DNA of 64,000 bases from Candidatus Planktophila sp. GTDB lineage: Bacteria; Actinomycetota; Actinomycetes; Nanopelagicales; Nanopelagicaceae. The stretch covers positions 18,466 through 82,465 of the forward strand of contig JBCKHJ010000002.1 of NCBI GenBank assembly GCA_038905915.1, in the 5' to 3' direction. Position numbers and translations under genes: made by a program. A model generated the notes under the pieces. The model was not told where the DNA came from. It did not search any database and worked only from the letters and a program-made list of their open reading frames with translations. Positions within the stretch are counted from its first letter, which is position 1. Every line of letters begins with the position of its first letter. Positions 58,748 to 64,000 of this stretch are shown here, piece after piece.

Positions 58748-59185
58748 ATGAGCGATTTTAGTAAATCAACGGTCACGATTGAGGCGTCGGCAGCTGCCGT
58801 TGCAAGCGCCCTTTTTGCCATCGATAAGTACCCAGAATGGTCCACATCTATAAAATCGGTAGAAACCATCGCGAGTGATGCCGAAGGGCGAATCACACAA
58901 GCTAAATTAACGATCGATGCGGGGATGATGAAAGATCGTGTCACGTTAGATTATGACTGGAGTGGTGCTCCAAATAAACTCTCATTTACTTTTAATGATG
59001 CTGATCTTTTAACTGCGATGGATGGTTCTTACTTAATAAAAGCAATTGATGGCGATACAACCGAGGTGACCTATGAATTAGAGGTTGCTATATCAATGCC
59101 AATTCCTGCGATGATGCGCAAAAAGGCTGAAAAAACAACAATTGACCAAGCGCTATCTGAATTAAAAGCACACTTAGAAGGTTAA
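58748..59185 (+). CDS. SRPBCC/cyclase-family protein
   Basis: YPEW, AMDGSY, VTYEL...LSELKAHLE; ATG 58748 after TAACCT. Confidence 0.85.
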   Translation: MSDFSKSTVTIEASAAAVASALFAIDKYPEWSTSIKSVETIASDAEGRITQAKLTIDAGMMKDRVTLDYDWSGAPNKLSFTFNDADLLTAMDGSYLIKAIDGDTTEVTYELEVAISMPIPAMMRKKAEKTTIDQALSELKAHLEG

Positions 59186-60130
59186 ATGTCTTTAACTATT
59201 GGCGTTGATGTTGGCGGCACTAAAGTTTTAGGTGGCCTCGTTGACAAAGACGGCAAAGTTATTGCTACTGCGCGCAAGGATACTCCGCGTCAAGGCGGAA
59301 GAGCTCTTACTCAAACAATTGCTGATATCGCTAAAGAATTGATGCAATCACATGATGTGCTGGCAGTTGGAGTTAGTGCCGCAGGTTTCGTTTCATCTGA
59401 TCGTAAAACAATGTTGGCAACACCAAATATTGCCGATTGGAATGGCGTTGATTTAGATTTCGAACTCACAAAATTAATTAACAAGCCAGTTGTAATTGAA
59501 AATGATGCTAATGCTGCAGCTTGGGGTGAAGCGAAATTTGGTGCAGGGCGCAATAGAAATCATATGATTCTATTAACTATCGGAACCGGAATCGGTGGTG
59601 GAATTGTTTTTAACGGTGCGCTTGTGCGTGGTGCATTCGGAACTGCTGCTGAGTTTGGCCATATGCGCGTAGTACCTGATGGACATTTATGTGGATGTGG
59701 TGCACGCGGATGTTTTGAACAATACGCATCAGGAAGCGCTTTGCTTCGCCATGCGCGCGGAGCAATTACTGCTAGCCCTGATATGGCGCGCAATTTACTT
59801 TCTCGAGCTAACGCAAGTATTGAAGGTTTAACTGGTGCGGATATTACGCAGGCAGCACAGGAGGGTGACCCGGTAGCTCTTGCTGCTTTTAATACAACTG
59901 CCGAATGGTTAGGCGCTGGTATCGCATCGCTATCTGTTCTGCTTGACCCCGATTGTGTTGTAATTGGCGGGGGAGTAATAGCTGCTGGTGAAATTTTACT
60001 CGCGCCCCTTCGGCGCGCCCTGGTTCGCTATATGCCATTTGCTGGGAAACATCCATACCCAGAAATTATCGCTGCCCAACTTGGCAATCAAGCAGGTTTA
60101 GTCGGAGTTGCAGATTTGGCGCGTTCTTAA
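59186..60130 (+). CDS. glk: ROK-family glucokinase
   Basis: GVDVGGTK, ENDANAAAWGE, GTGIGGG, EFGH, CGCGARGCFE. Confidence 0.93.
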   Translation: MSLTIGVDVGGTKVLGGLVDKDGKVIATARKDTPRQGGRALTQTIADIAKELMQSHDVLAVGVSAAGFVSSDRKTMLATPNIADWNGVDLDFELTKLINKPVVIENDANAAAWGEAKFGAGRNRNHMILLTIGTGIGGGIVFNGALVRGAFGTAAEFGHMRVVPDGHLCGCGARGCFEQYASGSALLRHARGAITASPDMARNLLSRANASIEGLTGADITQAAQEGDPVALAAFNTTAEWLGAGIASLSVLLDPDCVVIGGGVIAAGEILLAPLRRALVRYMPFAGKHPYPEIIAAQLGNQAGLVGVADLARS

Positions 60131-60133
60131 AAT

Positions 60134-60406
60134 TTAGAGTGCAACACCATCGTCGTCGTGATAACCACGTTTTAACCAGCGACGAATTGCGCGCTTAATG
60201 GAAAAATAAACTTCGCCGATAGATTCTTTGGCTGGATTTGGCTCTTTAAATTTTCCCAAATCTTCAAAGTTATCTAATTCATCTAAATAAGTTGTCGGCG
60301 CAGATTCATCGAGAGATAAACCCGAAACTATCGAGTTAAATTCATCACGAATTAGTTCTTCTTCGTCGAAGTTTTCTTCGTCATGGGCTCCAGGGATTCT
60401 TACCAC
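60134..60406 (-). CDS. Small acidic hypothetical protein
   Basis: GTG 60406, 6 nt after CACTAT; ends in DDDGVAL; fills the gap between glk and the acyltransferase. Confidence 0.7.
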   Translation of the reverse strand: MVRIPGAHDEENFDEEELIRDEFNSIVSGLSLDESAPTTYLDELDNFEDLGKFKEPNPAKESIGEVYFSIKRAIRRWLKRGYHDDDGVAL

Positions 60407-60482
60407 GCTTAAATAGTGCCATAGAGCCCGCAACGCGCTAAATTAGGCGAAGTAGGGACGCTCAAATGAGGAAGGTAGGCCT

Positions 60483-61166
60483 ATGAATAATTTGCCATAT
60501 GGTTTTTTGCGCGCTTTCCTGACCCCGATTTTGATCTTTGCCTACCGGCCAAAAGTAAAAGGCTTACGCAACGTTCCAAGTAAAGGGCCAGTAATTATTG
60601 CCTCAAATCATTTATCTTTTAGTGATTCAATTTTTATGCCACTAGTTGTTGCGCGCAAAGTAACTTTTCTTGCCAAGAGCGAATATTTCACTTCGCCTGG
60701 GCCAAAAGGTTTATTAAAAAAATTAACTCTTACCGCACTCGGTCAAGTTCCAGTTGATCGCTCAGGTGGTCGTCGAAGTGAGGCTGCACTTATAACTGGG
60801 CTTAAAGTTTTGGCAGAGGGTGCTTGTCTTGGAATGTATCCAGAAGGAACGCGTTCCCCCGATGGACGCTTATACAAAGGACGCACCGGAATTGCGCGCA
60901 TCGCAATTGAATCTGGAGCTCCAGTTATTCCGGTTGCCATGTTTAATACTGAAAAAATTCAACCGACTGGCACTATTATTCCTAAAGTTATGCGAGTTGG
61001 TATGACTTTCGGAGAGCCTATGTACTTTGAAGGTGATTCAACCGACCTGTTATATCTGCGCAAGGTAACTGATCAGATTATGAAAGCAATTCAAGAATTA
61101 TCTGGCCAGGAATATCTCGATGTGTATGCACCGAAAAAGAAGCCATCGCAAGAGGATGAAGATTAA
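60483..61166 (+). CDS. 1-acylglycerol-3-phosphate acyltransferase (PlsC family)
   Basis: NHLSFSD, FLAKSEYF, YPEGTRS. Confidence 0.92.
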   Translation: MNNLPYGFLRAFLTPILIFAYRPKVKGLRNVPSKGPVIIASNHLSFSDSIFMPLVVARKVTFLAKSEYFTSPGPKGLLKKLTLTALGQVPVDRSGGRRSEAALITGLKVLAEGACLGMYPEGTRSPDGRLYKGRTGIARIAIESGAPVIPVAMFNTEKIQPTGTIIPKVMRVGMTFGEPMYFEGDSTDLLYLRKVTDQIMKAIQELSGQEYLDVYAPKKKPSQEDED

Positions 61167-61843
61167 TTTTCGAGCGATAAACGCTGCGTCAAATAATTAC
61201 ATGTTCCGCAGGTAGGGCCAGCATCAGGTAAATCACCCTCCAAAACCGTAATAAATTCACCGATTACTTTTAAGAAATTGCCTTGGTTGCGCGCCACCGG
61301 CAAATACTTTTGTGACATTCCAAAACCGTATGAATTCTTATCTTCGCCGATGGCATGCGTTGGATTCCAGACGAGTAAGCCCATAGATGCAACGGTTACG
61401 CCTTTGCCTGCCGCTGGATTTTCCATGGAATAGGCGTAGGCTTCTAATTGCGGCGAATAAAATTCCCCGTTGTCGCGATCGGAATCGCTGACTTTGCAAT
61501 CGATTAACCCGATCGTCCCGTCATCATTTTGTGCGACCAAGTCATACTTACCCAAAATTCTCCAACGCGTTATCTGCCCATTTACTTCTAACGGTTTGCT
61601 CTTGACCCATTCGCCCCATTTAGTAACTTTTCCAGGGCGAAGGGATGAATCAATTTCGCTCATGGATACACCGCGAAAGTGTTCTTCTTGCATATTTGCA
61701 AAAGTTCCAACAAGCGGGAAAGCCCCAGGCATGGTTACTTTGTACCAATATTTAATCCATAAACAACGCTTGCATGTCGATAGACCAAAAGTTAAGTCAG
61801 AAGGAGAGATATTTTCACGGGCTGGTTTTTCGGGTTTTCTCAT
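61163..61843 (-). CDS. PD-(D/E)XK nuclease (Cas4/RecB-like) with split four-Cys site
   Basis: ISPSD...CKRC, GKYD, LIDCK, QLEAY, C-terminal CGTC. Confidence 0.82.
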   Translation of the reverse strand: MRKPEKPARENISPSDLTFGLSTCKRCLWIKYWYKVTMPGAFPLVGTFANMQEEHFRGVSMSEIDSSLRPGKVTKWGEWVKSKPLEVNGQITRWRILGKYDLVAQNDDGTIGLIDCKVSDSDRDNGEFYSPQLEAYAYSMENPAAGKGVTVASMGLLVWNPTHAIGEDKNSYGFGMSQKYLPVARNQGNFLKVIGEFITVLEGDLPDAGPTCGTCNYLTQRLSLEN

Positions 61844-61849
61844 AGGAGC

Positions 61850-61871
61850 ATCCTTCTATCTACCACTGACA
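61850..61871 (-). promoter_or_regulatory. RecA-NDp/PafBC-like promoter of the nuclease (TGTCAGTG-N8-AAGGAT)
   Basis: Same spacing as the recA promoter; 6 nt from the ATG. Confidence 0.6.
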
Positions 61872-61918
61872 GGCGCCACTTTGAGTTGCACGCTGGGAAA
61901 AATTAGAGTTAAATAGCC

Positions 61919-61934
61919 ATTCGATATATCGAAT
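61919..61934. promoter_or_regulatory. Perfect 16-bp palindrome ATTCGATATATCGAAT, probable PadR operator
   Basis: Lies between the -10 (TAGAGT 61904) and the SD of padR; a partial second copy TCGATACAT follows. Confidence 0.7.
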
Positions 61935-61956
61935 CGATACATAAAGCGATAGGAGG

Positions 61957-62493
61957 TTGGCTGTGCGCTCACGTAGCGAATCCCTTGAATTTGCCCTTCT
62001 TGGTTTTTTATCTCAAAGCCCGCTGCATGGTTATGAATTGCGAAAGCGAATGGCTGTAATTTATGGTCCATTTCGCGCCCTTTCATTTTCGGTCTTGTAT
62101 CCGCAATTGCGCCGCATGATGGATGCAGGGTCAATTGCGGAATCGAAGGTTGAATCTCTGAGTCGGCGCTCGCGAATTGTCTATGAGTTAACCGAAAAGG
62201 GCACCGCTCGTTTTGCCAATTTAACCGAAACCGTAACTTCGGATACTTGGGAAGATGAAGGTTTTGAAATTCGCTTTGCATTCTTTAGCCCAACATCTAC
62301 AAAAAATAGAGTCAGAATTCTTGAGGGCCGTCACAGGCGCCTCAAGGAGAAAGCAGAAATTCTGCGCAGTGAACTCGATAGGTCACCAATTGGAATCGAT
62401 AAATATTTGGAGGAGTGGCGACGTCATTCCTTGGAATCAGCTGATCGCGAAATCGCTTGGCTAGAAGACATGATCAAAACCGAGAGGAAATAA
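61957..62493 (+). CDS. PadR-family regulator (Rv0047c-like) upstream of ino1
   Basis: [24 protein letters not shown]; TTG start after AGGAGG. Confidence 0.92.
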   Translation: MAVRSRSESLEFALLGFLSQSPLHGYELRKRMAVIYGPFRALSFSVLYPQLRRMMDAGSIAESKVESLSRRSRIVYELTEKGTARFANLTETVTSDTWEDEGFEIRFAFFSPTSTKNRVRILEGRHRRLKEKAEILRSELDRSPIGIDKYLEEWRRHSLESADREIAWLEDMIKTERK

Positions 62494-62494
62494 A

Positions 62495-63592
62495 TTGAAC
62501 ATCATTACCGGTAAAGGCGACGTTCGTGTTGCAATCATTGGCGTTGGAAACTGCGCTAACTCATTAGTCCAAGGCGTTGAGTACTACAAGGACGCCGCGC
62601 GCGACCAAGAGATTCCAGGTCTCATGCACGCAGTTGTTGGGGGATACCACATCTCTAACATCAAGTTCGTCGCTGCCTTTGATGTAGATGCTAAGAAAGT
62701 TGGCCTTGATTTAGCCGATGCAATTTGGGCTAGCGAGAACAACACAATCAAATTTAGTGATGTTGCAAAAACGGGTATCCCAGTTTTGCGTGGTCCTACA
62801 AATGATGGCCTTGGTCGCTATTACCGCGAAACTATTACCGAGTCTGATGCACCTGCAGTAGATATTGTGAAAGTATTAAAAGATGAAGAAGTTGATGTTC
62901 TTATTTGCTATCTTCCGGTGGGTTCGGAAGTGGCTACGAAATACTATGCACAGTGTGCAATTGATGCTGGCGTAGCTTTTGTAAATGCTTTGCCAGTCTT
63001 TATCGCTTCTGACCCAATCTGGGCTAAGAAATTCGAAGATGCAGGGTTGCCAATTATCGGCGATGATATTAAGAGCCAAGTGGGAGCAACAATTACTCAC
63101 CGCATCATGGCTAAATTATTTCAAGATCGTGGCGTTCACTTAGATCGCACGTATCAATTAAATGTTGGTGGAAATATGGACTTCAAGAACATGCTCGAGC
63201 GTGATCGACTTGAATCTAAAAAGATTTCAAAAACTAACTCGGTAACATCTCAACTTGATTATGAAATTGGAGCCAAGAATGTTCACATTGGCCCATCGGA
63301 TTACATTCCTTGGTTAGATGATCGCAAGTGGGCCTACGTTCGCCTCGAGGGCCGTGCATTTGGCGATGTTCCGCTTAACCTCGAATACAAATTAGAAGTA
63401 TGGGATTCACCAAACTCGGCCGGTGTAATTATAGATGCCCTGCGTTGCGCTAAATTGGGCTTAGATCGCAAGATTGGTGGCGCACTTTTATCACCTTCTA
63501 GCTACTTTATGAAGACGCCGCCAGTTCAATACAGCGATGAACAAGCCCGCGATAAGACTGAAGATTTCATCTCTGGAAAGCTAGATCGTTAA
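62495..63592 (+). CDS. ino1: myo-inositol-1-phosphate synthase
   Basis: [39 protein letters not shown]. Confidence 0.97.
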   Translation: MNIITGKGDVRVAIIGVGNCANSLVQGVEYYKDAARDQEIPGLMHAVVGGYHISNIKFVAAFDVDAKKVGLDLADAIWASENNTIKFSDVAKTGIPVLRGPTNDGLGRYYRETITESDAPAVDIVKVLKDEEVDVLICYLPVGSEVATKYYAQCAIDAGVAFVNALPVFIASDPIWAKKFEDAGLPIIGDDIKSQVGATITHRIMAKLFQDRGVHLDRTYQLNVGGNMDFKNMLERDRLESKKISKTNSVTSQLDYEIGAKNVHIGPSDYIPWLDDRKWAYVRLEGRAFGDVPLNLEYKLEVWDSPNSAGVIIDALRCAKLGLDRKIGGALLSPSSYFMKTPPVQYSDEQARDKTEDFISGKLDR

Positions 63593-63619
63593 TTCGTTTC
63601 TTCTATTTGATTTAGGCAT

Positions 63620-63655
63620 GAAGAAGCCCCCTTGAAAAATCAAGGGGGCTTCTTC
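63620..63655. terminator. Strong hairpin after ino1, probably bidirectional
   Basis: GAAGAAGCCCCCTTGA-AAAA-TCAAGGGGGCTTCTTC perfect 16-bp stem. Confidence 0.88.
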
Positions 63656-63730
63656 TAACCCATCACGGAGAGTTGAGGGTTAGATCATCGCCTCTTGTGA
63701 AGTGCGACGAATATGAATTAGCCCAGTAAT
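63620..63730 (-). ncRNA. Candidate small structured RNA (three consecutive hairpins)
   Basis: Hairpins at 63685-63710 and 63654-63684 abut the terminator; two A-C mismatches on + become G-U pairs on -. Confidence 0.4.
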
Positions 63731-63855
63731 TCTCTAACTATTTGCAGGAGTGAAAAGCAAATTATGAGGTGGTAGCACTCAAATTAAAACTAAAATGAAA
63801 TGGAGAGGGTTAGCACTCAGCCGATGTGGCGCAAAAGACTTACGCTAAACGTGCT

Positions 63856-63999
63856 TTATTCGAGGTGACGATTGCAAATGGATCGACCATCGGGACCAAT
63901 TTCCAAGTGTGAACACGCGACATCCAATTTATCAAAAGCGCTATCGCCATAATGAGTTCGGTAGGCAAGTGCTAACAAAACTCGCAAATTAGTATCGCC
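63856..63999 (-). CDS. 3' end of a hypothetical protein truncated by the window edge
   Basis: Open frame ...GDTNLRVLLALAYRTHYGDSAFDKLDVACSHLEIGPDGRSICNRHLE*. Confidence 0.5.
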   Translation of the reverse strand, partial: GDTNLRVLLALAYRTHYGDSAFDKLDVACSHLEIGPDGRSICNRHLE

Positions 64000-64000
64000 G

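Noticed and set aside
61163-61843. CRISPR-Cas adaptation module
   Set aside because: No cas1, cas2 or array in the window, and the Cys pattern differs from Cas4.
63810-63975. CIRCE element or long-range stem TTAGCACTC...AAGTGCTAA
   Set aside because: The halves are about 150 nt apart instead of 9, and the second lies in a probable coding frame.

Overview
This is a compact, roughly 43-45% GC (by-eye estimate) actinobacterial chromosome segment. Gene content, tight packing and a C-terminal 'TITCxKGK...KCPxGWKKK' protein motif suggest a streamlined freshwater acI/Ca. Nanopelagicales-type genome (inference). Most of it is housekeeping: recA-recX, IclR/leuCD, hup, gpsA-ddl, thiL, rpmB, recG-rsmD-coaD-rpmF-rnc-smc, rpsP-khpA-rimM-trmD, miaBA-dapF-hflX, dut, trkA x2, acnA-dxs, fadAB, rnd, glk and padR-ino1. 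Points worth a second look: (1) a ~10 kb amine-catabolism locus joining a GlnA4-type gamma-glutamylation operon to a GcvT-family demethylase, a choline/ethanolamine-kinase-like gene, two amidohydrolases and a high-GC (~60%) ethanolamine-type permease; (2) an abrupt ftsY-5'/ffh-3' junction that removes most of two normally essential genes, probably a misassembly; (3) pervasive leaderless gene starts, including a 22-bp bidirectional promoter; (4) a PafBC/RecA-NDp-like promoter shared by recA and a solo PD-(D/E)XK nuclease; (5) a secreted five-blade propeller protein on a repeat stalk; (6) a sensor-less histidine kinase; (7) operator-like palindromes and two candidate structured RNAs. I saw no rRNA, tRNA, CRISPR array, transposase or integrase. 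All calls come from reading the sequence; no database search was run.
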